A stretch of 64,000 nt of DNA from Blastocatellia bacterium (GTDB taxonomy: Bacteria > Acidobacteriota > Blastocatellia > UBA7656), in the NCBI GenBank assembly GCA_035575515.1, contig DATLXU010000067.1:6519-70518 (forward strand). Reading direction: 5' to 3'. Below the pieces are notes generated by a model. It was given only the letters and a program-made list of their open reading frames with translations. It made no database searches and was not told where the DNA came from. Position numbers and translations under genes: made by a program. Shown here one piece after another: positions 19,382-29,309 of the stretch. Each line of letters starts with the position of its first letter. The first letter of the stretch is position 1.

Positions 19382-20623
19382 TTAAATCGTTTCAATCAAT
19401 CGTGTGAGCAGCGCGGCGCGACGAGGGATGTCGCTAATGATAATGTGCTCGTGCTCGGCGTGCGCGCCTGCGCCGTCAACCCCTAGACCGTCAAGAACAG
19501 GCACGCCCTCAGCCGCGATGAAGTTGCCGTCGGAACCGCCGCCGACCGAGCCTTCTTTCAAGTCAATTTCTATCTCCGCAGCCAATAAGCGAGCGCGCTC
19601 GAACAACTCGCCTATCGCGGCGGTGCGAACGAGCGGCGGGCGATTGATTCCGCCGCGCACTTCTATTTGCGCGCCATCAATCACAGGACGGAGCGAGCGC
19701 ATCGCTTCTGTTACTCGCTGGCCTTCTTCAACGGTTTGAAATCTCATATCTACGAGCGCGCGAGCTTCTGCGGCGACTACATTTGAAAGCGTCCCGCCGC
19801 GCGCGACACCAACGTTGAGCGTCGTGCCTAGCTCTATGTCCCACAGCTTGCTGATTGCAAGTATCTGATGAGCAAGCTCGGAGATAGCGCTAATGCCCGC
19901 GCGCGGGTCGTTGCCAGCGTGAGCGGAGCGGCCTCGAATTATCAATTCAAATTCGCCGACGCCTTTGCGCGCGGTCTTGATCGTGCCGCCGGGAATTGGC
20001 GGCTCAAGCACTAGCGCGGCTCGCGCTCGACGAGCTTCGTCTTCGATCAACTCGCGCGAAAAGTGGCTGCCCGTCTCTTCATCGCAGGTCATCAATAGTG
20101 TCACAGGCCTTCGGGTTTTTCGGCTCAACTCTTTTATCGCGCGCACTGCGAAAGCAGCAATGCTGACGCCTGCTTTCATATCGAATATGCCCGGCCCGAA
20201 TGCGCGATCATCTTCTATGTGAAAGGGGCGCGCCGCGAGCGTGCCTGTCGGCCACACGGTGTCGAGGTGGCCTACTACGAGCAACTGCTTGTTGGTTGAT
20301 TCCGAATCCTCGTGCGCAGCGGTTTCATCAGCGTGCGATTTATCTGTCAAATCGTAGCGCGCGCGCACGGTCGAGCCATATAGCGGGTCGCTGAACAGAT
20401 CAACCTGCGCGCCCCATTTAGACAATCGCTCGGCGAAATTTTCTGCTATGCGCGCGAGCAGAGCGGCTTCGCGCGACATTGATTCCTGCTCGACGAGCCA
20501 GCGGATGAACTCAAGCATCTCCGTGCGATGTTCCTGAAAGTAAGAGAGCAGCGTTGCGCCTTGATTGATGTATGTCATCACGTAGATTTTTAGCAGAGCC
20601 GCAACCACGCGCGCCAGCTTCAT
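19382..20623 (-). CDS. M20-family metallopeptidase (carboxypeptidase G2 / ArgE-like)
   Basis: HLDTV, catalytic-Glu CDEETG and dimerisation-domain motifs. Alternative start at 20578. Confidence 0.75.
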   Translation of the reverse strand: MKLARVVAALLKIYVMTYINQGATLLSYFQEHRTEMLEFIRWLVEQESMSREAALLARIAENFAERLSKWGAQVDLFSDPLYGSTVRARYDLTDKSHADETAAHEDSESTNKQLLVVGHLDTVWPTGTLAARPFHIEDDRAFGPGIFDMKAGVSIAAFAVRAIKELSRKTRRPVTLLMTCDEETGSHFSRELIEDEARRARAALVLEPPIPGGTIKTARKGVGEFELIIRGRSAHAGNDPRAGISAISELAHQILAISKLWDIELGTTLNVGVARGGTLSNVVAAEARALVDMRFQTVEEGQRVTEAMRSLRPVIDGAQIEVRGGINRPPLVRTAAIGELFERARLLAAEIEIDLKEGSVGGGSDGNFIAAEGVPVLDGLGVDGAGAHAEHEHIIISDIPRRAALLTRLIETI

Positions 20624-20659
20624 TGCGCGATACGGTTGCGGCGGTCGAAAGCATTCAAT

Positions 20660-21256
20660 TCATTTAGCGTCAGATTTGGTTTGACGGACGAGGTTCGAAT
20701 AGATAACCCACTTGCCGTCGAATGGGCCGCCCGGAACGAGCGTATAAACCTGCGTCCCTGATTCTGTCCTCACTCTATAGTTGCGAAAAATCTTGTCGGG
20801 AGGTTTTTCGTTAAGCTCAATTTTGCCCTGAGGCAGCTCGCTTATCAATTTTGCGAAGGCGGCGATTTCGGCATCGCTCGCTTTCGCGAGCGACGCGGAT
20901 GATTGCAACTTTTCCATCTGCGCTTTCGCTTCGGCGCGGGCCTGCTCCTGCTTCTGCTTTTCTGCCATCAGCGCGTTGAGCTGTTGCTCCTGCTGCTGCG
21001 TGGTTGCTTTGAGCGAAGCGTTTTCGTCGCTGAGCCGTTTCTTTTCAGATTCGCTCTTTGAATAAAGCGCGTAGCTGGTCGTGAGCAGCGCGACTGCTCC
21101 GACGAGCGCGGCGAGTATTATTACAAGAGCAAGAACCAGCCAGCGCCTTTTGGCCGATTCGTTCTGCTCGATCTGTTCTCTGATTGTGTCAACGTCGCTC
21201 TGCGTATAGCTGACGGCCCAGCCGCCTTGCGATGATTGGTGTGAGGACGGGTTCAT
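20660..21256 (-). CDS. hypothetical membrane-anchored coiled-coil protein
   Basis: One TM helix, then a Gln/Glu/Lys-rich coiled-coil. No family recognised. Confidence 0.45.
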   Translation of the reverse strand: MNPSSHQSSQGGWAVSYTQSDVDTIREQIEQNESAKRRWLVLALVIILAALVGAVALLTTSYALYSKSESEKKRLSDENASLKATTQQQEQQLNALMAEKQKQEQARAEAKAQMEKLQSSASLAKASDAEIAAFAKLISELPQGKIELNEKPPDKIFRNYRVRTESGTQVYTLVPGGPFDGKWVIYSNLVRQTKSDAK

Positions 21257-21621
21257 GATGTCACCTCGGACGGGGGCGGAAATTCAGTTAAGCTCGCGGC
21301 TTCAACTACGTCCGCAGGTATATGTTACACCAGCGCGCAAGCCGAATGAATAGTCATCGCGCTTCCGTTTGAATTAAAGGATTGCCGCCGAATCGCGCGG
21401 ATTCTTTATCAGAATAGCCACTGAACCATACGCAAACCCACAACAATACTTTTGTGAATTTCTGTGTGATTCTGTGGCCAGCCCAACTTGAATCCGAACT
21501 GATACAGACCAACGGATTTATTAAGGGCGCAATCAAATTATTATTGAAGTTGCGCGGCGGTTGTTTTATAGGCTACCATGTCCAGTTTGATTCTGTTCCT
21601 GGTTCGTGACTGAGAGGATGT

Positions 21622-21990
21622 ATGGCTGGGAGAAGAGCAGAGCGGCTGGCCGAGCAGTTGAGGGAAGAAGTCAGCATGATAATTGCGGGCGAGGTCGAAG
21701 ACCCGAGGGTAGCCGACGCGACCGTGACCGAAGTGAGACTCAGCCCCGACCTGCGTTATGCAAAGATTTATGTCAGCGTGATGGGAACCGATGAAGAGAT
21801 AAAGGAGTCTGTCGCCGCTCTCAATCACGCGGCCAGATTTATAAGGCGGCAGCTTGCAGCTGCGCTCAGGTTGAGATACACGCCGGAATTACATTTTGTT
21901 TTTGACCAGACATCAGTGACTGCCGCACGAATCGAAGAGTTACTCAGTGAGGAGGTAGAAAAGGCGCGGGAACGAGAACAGGACAGATGA
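21622..21990 (+). CDS. rbfA: ribosome-binding factor A
   Basis: RAERLAEQLREEVSMIIAGEVEDPRV...LRYAKIYVSV matches the RbfA fold signature. Confidence 0.85.
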   Translation: MAGRRAERLAEQLREEVSMIIAGEVEDPRVADATVTEVRLSPDLRYAKIYVSVMGTDEEIKESVAALNHAARFIRRQLAAALRLRYTPELHFVFDQTSVTAARIEELLSEEVEKAREREQDR

Positions 21991-21994
21991 TTTT

Positions 21995-22081
21995 TGCATT
22001 TCAGATTTTGGATTGCCGGAGCCAGTTGCTACTAAGCCGAAACTCCAGAGCTTTGCCTCAATCTAAAATCCAAAATCTAAT
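21995..22081. repeat. heptamer-built palindrome (TTCAGATTTTGGATT ... AATCTAAAATCCAAAATCTAA)
   Basis: Seen directly after the rbfA stop. Same sequence family as the element at 52040-52146. Confidence 0.55.
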
Positions 22082-22103
22082 TGCGCCGTAGCCTTTTGAA
22101 GTT

Positions 22104-23069
22104 ATGCTTAGTCAGGTTGTTCAGCTTATAGAGCATCGTCAGCGTTTCATGATCACGTCGCACATACGGCCCGATGGCGACGGGCTTGGGTCGGGGCTTG
22201 CGCTCTACTGGATGCTCCGCAGCATGGGCAAAGAGGTTGACGTAGTGCTTCGCGACCGCGTGCCGCCCGCCTACATGGTGCTGCCCGGTTCCGAGCTTGT
22301 GCTGGTGCAGGATGATGTCACCGATATTTACGACGCAGCGTTCATTATCGAGTGCAGCGACGTTGAGCGACCAGGACTGCCGAGCCTGAGGCATCAATTC
22401 GTCGTCAATATTGATCATCATTCGACGACCGAACCGTTTGGCGATATTAACTGGATTGATTCGACTGCGGCTGCCGTCGGCGAGATGGTTTATAACCTCT
22501 GCAAGGCGCTTGGCCTCGAAGTCACGAAAGAGATTGCCGAATGCATCTACACGGCGCTGCTAACGGACACGGGAAGTTTTCATTTTTCAAACACAACGGA
22601 GCGGACGCTTAAGATTGCAAGCGAGCTTGTGCGTCGAGGCGTAGAGCCTGCGCGCATCTCGCAAGCGTTGTTTTATTCCTACCCATTTTCAAAAATCAGA
22701 CTGCTTGGACTTGTGCTGTCGGGCATAGAGCGCGACGAATCGGGCCGCATCGCGTGGGTCGTGATGGACCGCGCGATGATGTATGAAGCGGGCGCGAGCG
22801 AAGAAGATTCGGACGGCATAGTCAATCACGCGCTCTCGATTGGCGAAGTTGAAGCCGTCGCGTTTTTCAAAGAGCTTTCGCCGGGCGTCTATCGCGTGAG
22901 TCTGCGGTCGAAGAACCGCCACAACGTCGCTCGCGTGGCCGAGCAGTTCGGCGGTGGCGGCCATCGCAACGCAGCCGGGTGTAGAATCAGCGGCGACTTC
23001 GAAGACGTGAAGCGCCGCGTGATCGAACGGCTTCAGGCAGCAGTAGGCGTTGCGCCCGTTTCCGCCTGA
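22104..23069 (+). CDS. nrnA: DHH/DHHA1 phosphoesterase, bifunctional oligoribonuclease / pAp phosphatase NrnA
   Basis: DGDGLGS, DHH and C-terminal GGGH motifs. The gene order rbfA-nrnA is conserved. Confidence 0.8.
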   Translation: MLSQVVQLIEHRQRFMITSHIRPDGDGLGSGLALYWMLRSMGKEVDVVLRDRVPPAYMVLPGSELVLVQDDVTDIYDAAFIIECSDVERPGLPSLRHQFVVNIDHHSTTEPFGDINWIDSTAAAVGEMVYNLCKALGLEVTKEIAECIYTALLTDTGSFHFSNTTERTLKIASELVRRGVEPARISQALFYSYPFSKIRLLGLVLSGIERDESGRIAWVVMDRAMMYEAGASEEDSDGIVNHALSIGEVEAVAFFKELSPGVYRVSLRSKNRHNVARVAEQFGGGGHRNAAGCRISGDFEDVKRRVIERLQAAVGVAPVSA

Positions 23070-23244
23070 ATATCTTTTCACCCTGCTAATGAGTGCCGTT
23101 TAACCACTTTCAAACGGGCTGCCAAACATTACTATTGAGTTAGATTTCAGATGGATTTAATCTGTCACCAGCCTGCCCCTTTGCTGATTACACCGGTTCG
23201 CAACGAGTCTGAATCTTTCAAGTTTTATTAAAAGGGACAAGGGT

Positions 23245-23706
23245 ATGTTTAACGGCGTTGTTCGTAATCGAGGCGAGTTGGCGAAAGCGGAATCAACGCT
23301 CCAGGAGCTTGAAGAAAAATATGAGCGCGTTCGCTCGCTCCTCGAAGAGCGCAAGGCTGAGCGATTGCAGATAGAGACGCAAGTGCAGGCGGCGGCAGCG
23401 GCAGCAGGCGATATGGACAGGCTCGTGGCACTGCAATCTCGCGCCGTTGCTCTTGACCGCTCGATTGCGGAATTGAGCGCGGCGGAAGCCGAATGCTGCG
23501 AACGTGTGCAATCTGCGCGGCGTTACCTTTACACCCTTTACGTGCGGCTCGAAAAGCTCAGGCAGGAGGCTGTGCTCTTGAAGCGCAAGCTCTGGTTGAA
23601 CGAGGAGGCCGAAGCTCTTTCAGGCGAAGAGCGAGCGAGCCTTAGCCGACTCAAGATACAGATCAAAGCAATCACCGGCGAGAGCCAGACGGGACAACTG
23701 ATTTAG
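23245..23706 (+). CDS. hypothetical coiled-coil protein
   Basis: An uninterrupted ORF with a heptad-rich sequence. No known family. Confidence 0.4.
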   Translation: MFNGVVRNRGELAKAESTLQELEEKYERVRSLLEERKAERLQIETQVQAAAAAAGDMDRLVALQSRAVALDRSIAELSAAEAECCERVQSARRYLYTLYVRLEKLRQEAVLLKRKLWLNEEAEALSGEERASLSRLKIQIKAITGESQTGQLI

Positions 23707-23790
23707 GCAGTTGCCAGTTGTCAGTGCTCAGTTGTCAGTATCCAATGCACATTTCAACTCACAACCGAGCACTGGCAACCGACAACTGCT
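23706..23790. repeat. heptamer-built palindrome / bidirectional terminator (GCAGTTG CCAGTTG TCAGTGC TCAGTTG ... GAGCACT GGCAACC GACAACT)
   Basis: Seen directly between convergent genes. Confidence 0.55.
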
Positions 23791-24453
23791 TTATTCAAAC
23801 TGGCTCTTGAAATCTAGAAACTGTTGGCGAAGCTCGGCCAGTTCCGCGCGTAGAGTTTCGATCGCGCTTTCAAGCTTGGCAATCCGCTCGTTTTCGGCGC
23901 GCACTTCGATCATCGCAGGCTCAAGTCGCGGCTCTACGGCGCGCTCTTCAATCTGCGGCTCGCCTGAAAGCAGGTGCGCGTAACGCGATTCCTTCGTGCC
24001 TGGAAGTCGCGGCAGCTTCGCTACAAGCGGCGGCTCTGCTGCCGCAAGCGAGGCCAGCACTGCTTCTACTTCTTCGATGCTTGTGAATTCGTAAAGCCGA
24101 GTGGTGCGCCCTCGAATCTCGCCTGCCGTCTGCGGCCCGCGCAACATCAACACGCACATCACCGCCACCTCTTGTTCAGCCAGCTTGAATTGCTCAGCAA
24201 AGCGATGCTCGTATTTCGGCACGCGGCTGCCCGGCCCCGTGACCATCCATATGAGACCCCTTTCACGAAGACTATCGAGCGCGCGGGCTATGATCTTTTC
24301 GTCGAAGGAAACCACAGGCTCGCGGTTCGTCGTCTGATTGCACGCATTGACGAGCGCATTGAGAGTGAGCGGGTAGTATTCGGGCGTGGTTATCTGCTTT
24401 TCGATGAGTGAACCGATGACGCGAACTTCCACAGGGTTGAGCGTGACGTTCAC
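23791..24453 (-). CDS. yceH: YceH (DUF480/UPF0502) family protein
   Basis: The N-terminus LNPVEVRVIGSLIEKQITTPEYYPLTLNALVNACNQTTNREPV is almost a consensus YceH sequence. Confidence 0.8.
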   Translation of the reverse strand: MNVTLNPVEVRVIGSLIEKQITTPEYYPLTLNALVNACNQTTNREPVVSFDEKIIARALDSLRERGLIWMVTGPGSRVPKYEHRFAEQFKLAEQEVAVMCVLMLRGPQTAGEIRGRTTRLYEFTSIEEVEAVLASLAAAEPPLVAKLPRLPGTKESRYAHLLSGEPQIEERAVEPRLEPAMIEVRAENERIAKLESAIETLRAELAELRQQFLDFKSQFE

Positions 24454-24622
24454 TGTTGATGATTCCTTTTAATAAGATTAGTGAACCCGTCATTGCTGAT
24501 GAGCAGGTCAATAAAGTTTTATCACAGGCGGGCGGCGATGGCTAAGCGAGTATAGACCGGGAGCGCGTTGGGCAGTGGAGAGAGCTTTCAAAGTTCAACT
24601 CGCGCGCCCGGTTGAATTGCGG

Positions 24623-25069
24623 TCACGCGGTTTGAGCCTTTTGATAAGCGGCAACGGCTGTGTCGAGGTATTCGTGGAAAGCGACGATTCTGCCGTCGCG
24701 AACCGTGAAGTCATGAGCGAAGTCGCTGGCAAACTCGCGGCCAGTTGATCTGACGCGCCAATGGCAGTGGCCGAGCGCGACCACTTTATCTCCCTGCGCG
24801 ACGAACTCTTTCGGCGAAAACTCCAAAACCTCCTGCGATTCATTGACCGACGCGAAAAACCGCGCGACGGCCTCGCGCCCGGCTCGCTTTCCTGCAAAGG
24901 GAACGCCTTCAATATCGGGCAACTGCCACGTCACATCATCCGACATGAGATCAAGCAGAGACTCAATGTCGCCGCTCTTGAAACTATTGTAAGCCCGCTG
25001 CGCGACATTTATGTTTTCCTGACTAATGATTTCCTCCTGAGATTTAATCTTGTGGGAACCCACACGCAT
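24623..25069 (-). CDS. SnoaL-like / NTF2-fold protein
   Basis: AQRAYNSFKSGDIESLLDLMSDDVTWQLP is typical of ketosteroid-isomerase-like proteins. The longest ORF extends to 25099. Confidence 0.55.
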   Translation of the reverse strand: MRVGSHKIKSQEEIISQENINVAQRAYNSFKSGDIESLLDLMSDDVTWQLPDIEGVPFAGKRAGREAVARFFASVNESQEVLEFSPKEFVAQGDKVVALGHCHWRVRSTGREFASDFAHDFTVRDGRIVAFHEYLDTAVAAYQKAQTA

Positions 25070-25113
25070 ATACGGCGGGCCTGTTTTACGTAGATGCATC
25101 AGCGATTAATTGA

Positions 25114-25497
25114 TTGAGCGAGGGTCATAAAGATTGCGCGGCTCAGGAACAATCTCTGATAATACTTGCCGTGAGCGAAAGCTATTCGGTTTTAATCATC
25201 GAGATGTCGCGCTACATGGATGAAGAAGGCGAGCGCGAGGTGCGCGGCTTTGCGACGTTGGAGCTTGCGCGCGAGTTCGCGCAGCGATGGGTTAGAGATT
25301 CGCTCGAAGAACAGCGCAGGCCCGGCCAAAGCTGCGAGCAGTTGCGCAAGATGTGGCTGATGTTCGGCGACGATGCCGTAGTCATCGGCGGCGCAAGTTA
25401 TGCCGCATCGGACGAGTTGGATTATTTCATCGCCAACCCCGCGACTCGCGAAGAGCGCGATTGGCAATCAATCAAAGAGAGGGCCGGGATTAAATAG
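25114..25497 (+). CDS. hypothetical protein
   Basis: ORF only; the likely start is the internal MSRYMDEEGE. Confidence 0.3.
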   Translation: MSEGHKDCAAQEQSLIILAVSESYSVLIIEMSRYMDEEGEREVRGFATLELAREFAQRWVRDSLEEQRRPGQSCEQLRKMWLMFGDDAVVIGGASYAASDELDYFIANPATREERDWQSIKERAGIK

Positions 25498-25552
25498 ATT
25501 CGCCGACAGCCATCAATTCCCTCGATCAAATTGCTGCGTTAGAATTGAAGTG

Positions 25553-26050
25553 ATGGCTAAAGAGAAGATTGATTATCCGATAACTCCAGCCGTGCGCGCG
25601 CTCAGAGAAAAGAAGATCGAGTTCGCGCCGCACCTCTACGCGTACAAAGAGCACGGCGGCACTCGGCATTCAGCCGCAGAGCTTGGCGTGGATGAACATT
25701 CAGTCATCAAGACTCTCGTGATGGAAACCGATTCGCGCGAGCCGCTTATTATATTGATGCACGGCGACCGCGAAGTTTCCACGAAAGAGCTTGCGCGAGC
25801 ACTCGGAGTAAAGACGGTCTTGCCCTGCTCGCCCGACACGGCACAAAAGCACACTGGCTACATGGTCGGCGGGACAAGCCCGTTCGGCACGCGCAAGCGT
25901 TTGCCGGTTTATGCCGAGAAGACGATTTTCGATCTGCCGCGCATCTTCATCAACGGCGGCAAGCGCGGCTTTCTCGTCGAGATTGATCCGAAAGATTTGC
26001 GAGCCGCGCTCGATGTGAAAGAAGTCGACGTGGCGATAGCGCAGCATTGA
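25553..26050 (+). CDS. ybaK: Cys-tRNA(Pro)/Cys-tRNA(Cys) deacylase YbaK
   Basis: MAKEKIDYPITPAVRALREKKIEF...HTGYMVGGTSPFGTRKRLPVY...INGGKRG is collinear with YbaK. Confidence 0.85.
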   Translation: MAKEKIDYPITPAVRALREKKIEFAPHLYAYKEHGGTRHSAAELGVDEHSVIKTLVMETDSREPLIILMHGDREVSTKELARALGVKTVLPCSPDTAQKHTGYMVGGTSPFGTRKRLPVYAEKTIFDLPRIFINGGKRGFLVEIDPKDLRAALDVKEVDVAIAQH

Positions 26051-26084
26051 AGCTAAGGATTGATTGTGGGAAGAGACTGATTGC

Positions 26085-26717
26085 ATGGCTGAACTGAACA
26101 GAGATTATTCGCAACCGCCTTTGCGCAAGAGCGACGTTGACCCGAACCCGCTTGTGGAATTTCAGAAATGGTTCAATCGAGCAATTGAGGTCGTGCCGAT
26201 TTTGCCGAACGCGATGACGCTTGCGACGGCGACGCGCGACGGCGTGCCTTCGGCGCGAACTGTGCTGCTTAAAGATTACGATGAGCGTGGATTCGTTTTT
26301 TACACGAACTACGACAGCCAAAAAGCGAAGGAGTTGGAAGAAAATCCGGTGGCGACGCTGCTTTTCTACTGGCCTGAGCTTGAGCGTCAGGTGCGCATCA
26401 CTGGCCGCGCGACGCGAACTACGCGCGAAGAATCGGAAGAGTATTTTCGCACGCGCCCGCGAGACAGCCAGCTCAGCGCGTGGGCGTCGCGACAAAGCGA
26501 AGTCATTGCGAGCCGCGAGGTTTTGCAGAATAAGATGGCCGAGTTAGTCGCTGAGTACGAAGGCCGCGAAGTTCCGCTGCCGCCGAACTGGGGCGGCTAC
26601 CGCGTCGCGGCTGAGGTGATAGAATTCTGGCAGGGCCGACCGAGCCGCCTGCACGACCGATTGCGCTACACACGACAGAGCGACGGCGAGTGGCTGATTG
26701 AGAGATTGTCGCCTTGA
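26085..26717 (+). CDS. pdxH: pyridoxamine 5'-phosphate oxidase
   Basis: YTNYDSQKAKELEENP, FYWPELERQVRITG, RPRDSQLSAWAS and EFWQGRPSRLHDR are all PdxH hallmarks. Confidence 0.9.
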   Translation: MAELNRDYSQPPLRKSDVDPNPLVEFQKWFNRAIEVVPILPNAMTLATATRDGVPSARTVLLKDYDERGFVFYTNYDSQKAKELEENPVATLLFYWPELERQVRITGRATRTTREESEEYFRTRPRDSQLSAWASRQSEVIASREVLQNKMAELVAEYEGREVPLPPNWGGYRVAAEVIEFWQGRPSRLHDRLRYTRQSDGEWLIERLSP

Positions 26718-26952
26718 GTGAATAGCTCATCGTCTCCTGCCAGAATCCGAGGTCGTTATTGGATTGACAAGAAGCGGCTTGAAGTTATCCACTTTCATTT
26801 CGCACACGCGGTCGGCCCGCGCAGATTGACAACTTTTTCAAGCGTATGCTAAAAGCAATCGAGGCAAGGGACTTTGGTTCTTTTTCGGCAGCATTTCTTT
26901 TCTCAGAGCAGTCACAGTCGTCAATATAAGTCTCAGCGCATCGTGAGCGTGT

Positions 26953-28056
26953 TTGCGCACGGCATATTCGAGTCACGCAATGGCAGACGAAACTAAAGAT
27001 AAATCAACGAGCGAGACGGAGAACAAATCGCGCGATGTTGAGCAAACGGAATCAGCTCAACCAAACAAATCATCTAGCGATGCGGATAAAGCTCAAGAAA
27101 TCGCATCTCGCGCCGATTCAAATGAAACAATAGGGGCCGATGTGCCTGAAAAAGCGAAGCCGCTTCCGCCCGAAGCCGGTTCGGTTTCGCCCGCCGATGA
27201 GATTGAGTCGAAAGCCAAAGTCTCGCTGCCTCCTGAAGAAAAGCTCAAGACCGAAGCGAAGGACGAAGCCGCGCTGCCCGGCGTTGAAAAGCCTTCGCTG
27301 ACTCCGACAGTCGAGGGCGCGTCGGAAAAGGGCGAGCCTGCGGCCCCTGAGAAAGTTGAGCCAAGTGCGCCCGAAGCGGGCGCGCCAGCGCCGAAACCAA
27401 CGCCGCCGCGAGCGCCCGCTGCCGGAAAGCCCGCTCCCCCGAAAGCGGCTCCCGCTGCCGGTCACAAGCCAGCCGCCCCGCCGCGCAAAGGGCCGGAGAT
27501 TACGACCGAAATCACAGGCGACCCGTTTATTGATAGAATCAAGCAGCGCTTCGGTGACGCTATCACGGAAGCAGTCGCGACGCTCGGCCAGCAGATTCTT
27601 CGCGTGAAGAAAGACGCTTACCTTGAGCTTTGCCGCTACTTGCGCGATGACGAAGAGTTCCCTTTCGATATGTGCACGGACCTGACGGCGATTCACTGGC
27701 CCGAGCGCGCGGGACAGGAGTTCGATGTTGTCTTGTTGCTTTATTCAGTGGCGAAGAATCGTCGCCTGCGCGTCAAGGTCGGGCTTGCAGACGGCGATGC
27801 GTGTCCGAGCGTCACTTCAATATGGGAAGGCGCGAACTGGATGGAGCGCGAAGTCTTCGACATGTTCGGCGTTAAATTCGACGGCCATCCTGACCTGCGG
27901 CGGATACTGCTGCCGGAGGACTGGCCCGGCCATCCGCTTCGCAAAGAGTATCCGATTGAGTATCGCGACAACGAATGGACAGACAAGCACCTTGAGTACC
28001 GCGAGATTGATTACGACACGAGCTTGATTGATGTGAAGTACGCGGAACGGAGATAG
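26953..28056 (+). CDS. nuoC: NADH-quinone oxidoreductase subunit C with ~170-aa Pro/Ala/Glu/Lys-rich N-terminal extension
   Basis: The C-terminal 190 aa are canonical NuoC (ELCRYLRDDEEFPFDMCTDLTAIHWP...EREVFDMFGVKFDGHPDLRRILLPEDW). The N-terminus is low complexity. Confidence 0.85.
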   Translation: MRTAYSSHAMADETKDKSTSETENKSRDVEQTESAQPNKSSSDADKAQEIASRADSNETIGADVPEKAKPLPPEAGSVSPADEIESKAKVSLPPEEKLKTEAKDEAALPGVEKPSLTPTVEGASEKGEPAAPEKVEPSAPEAGAPAPKPTPPRAPAAGKPAPPKAAPAAGHKPAAPPRKGPEITTEITGDPFIDRIKQRFGDAITEAVATLGQQILRVKKDAYLELCRYLRDDEEFPFDMCTDLTAIHWPERAGQEFDVVLLLYSVAKNRRLRVKVGLADGDACPSVTSIWEGANWMEREVFDMFGVKFDGHPDLRRILLPEDWPGHPLRKEYPIEYRDNEWTDKHLEYREIDYDTSLIDVKYAERR

Positions 28057-28057
28057 T

Positions 28058-28146
28058 GGTCAGAAGTCAGAGGTCAGGGAACAGGGATAGAAAGCAGAAG
28101 AATCTGTTTTACCCTGACCCCTGACCCCCTGACCCCCGACCCCTGT
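28058..28146. repeat. heptamer-built palindrome (GGTCAGA AGTCAGA GGTCAGG GAACAGG ... CCCTGAC CCCTGAC CCCCTGA CCCCCGA CCCCTGT)
   Basis: Seen directly in the nuoC-nuoD spacer. Confidence 0.6.
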
Positions 28147-29287
28147 GAGGAATATGCAAGAGCAGGGATTGACGAAGCCGCAAGAAACCCTCTTCGATGC
28201 CGAAGAGATGATTCTCAACATGGGTCCGCAGCATCCTTCTACTCACGGAGTGCTGCGCGTTATCCTCAAGCTCGACGGCGAAACCGTCCGTGACCTCGAC
28301 TGCGACATCGGTTATCTCCATCGCGGCGTTGAGAAGATCGCTGAAAACGACACCTATGCAATGATAACGCCTTACTGGGACCGACTAGATTACGTCGCCG
28401 CAGTCTCGAACGATCTCTGCTACGTCGAAGCCGTCGAAAAACTCCTTCAGGTCGAAGTTCCCAAGCGAGCCGAATACCTGCGCGTCATCCTCACAGAGCT
28501 TCAGCGCATTGCGTCGCACCTGCTCTGGTTGGGCACGCACGCGATGGACATAGGCGCGGTCACGGTTCTGCTTTATTGCTTCCGCGAGCGCGAAGAGATT
28601 CTGAAAATCTTCGAGGACTTCATAGGTGCGCGGCTCACGGCTCATGCGTTCCGTATCGGAGGACTCTGGTGGGACGCTTACCCTGAGTTTGAAACTCGCG
28701 TGCGCGAATTCTTGAAGATACTTCCGGGCCGCATAGAGGAGTACGAAACGCTTCTGAACGCGAACCGCATCTGGCTGCAACGCACGGTCGGCATCGGCAT
28801 CATCACCGCAGAAGACGCAATCAACATGAGCCTTACGGGACCGTGCCTGCGCGGGTCGGGCGTGAAGTATGACGTGCGCAAAGCGACGCCTTATTCGGCT
28901 TATTCCGATTTTAATTTCGAGATACCGATAGGCGAAAACGGCGACACGTATGACCGCTACCTTGTGCGCATGGAAGAGATTAAACAGTCGGCAATCATAA
29001 TCGAGCAGGCGCTGGACGGATTGCCGGAAGGGCCTGTGATGGCGAAGGTGCCGAAGATAATCAAGCCGCCCGTAGGCGAAGTCTATCATTCGATAGAAGG
29101 GCCGAAGGGCGAGCTTGGCGCTTATCTTGTGAGCGACGGCACGGGCAAGCCTTATCGAATGCGCATCCGTCCGCCGTCATACATCAACCTGCAATCGCTC
29201 AAGAAGATGTCTGTCGGCCATCTCGTTGCAGACGTTGTCGCAATCATCGGCACGATTGACATCGTGCTGGGCGAAGTTGATAGATAG
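28145..29287 (+). CDS. nuoD: NADH-quinone oxidoreductase subunit D
   Basis: [17 protein letters not shown]...LHRGVEK and the C-terminal NuoD signature. Confidence 0.9.
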   Translation: MRNMQEQGLTKPQETLFDAEEMILNMGPQHPSTHGVLRVILKLDGETVRDLDCDIGYLHRGVEKIAENDTYAMITPYWDRLDYVAAVSNDLCYVEAVEKLLQVEVPKRAEYLRVILTELQRIASHLLWLGTHAMDIGAVTVLLYCFREREEILKIFEDFIGARLTAHAFRIGGLWWDAYPEFETRVREFLKILPGRIEEYETLLNANRIWLQRTVGIGIITAEDAINMSLTGPCLRGSGVKYDVRKATPYSAYSDFNFEIPIGENGDTYDRYLVRMEEIKQSAIIIEQALDGLPEGPVMAKVPKIIKPPVGEVYHSIEGPKGELGAYLVSDGTGKPYRMRIRPPSYINLQSLKKMSVGHLVADVVAIIGTIDIVLGEVDR

Positions 29288-29309
29288 CTGAACGCTTTGA
29301 ATTAACGCC

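Noticed and set aside
20660-21256. Membrane-anchored coiled-coil protein as a divisome protein (FtsB/ZapB-like)
   Set aside because: The only evidence is a TM helix plus a Q/E/K-rich coiled coil, which is not specific enough to name a family.
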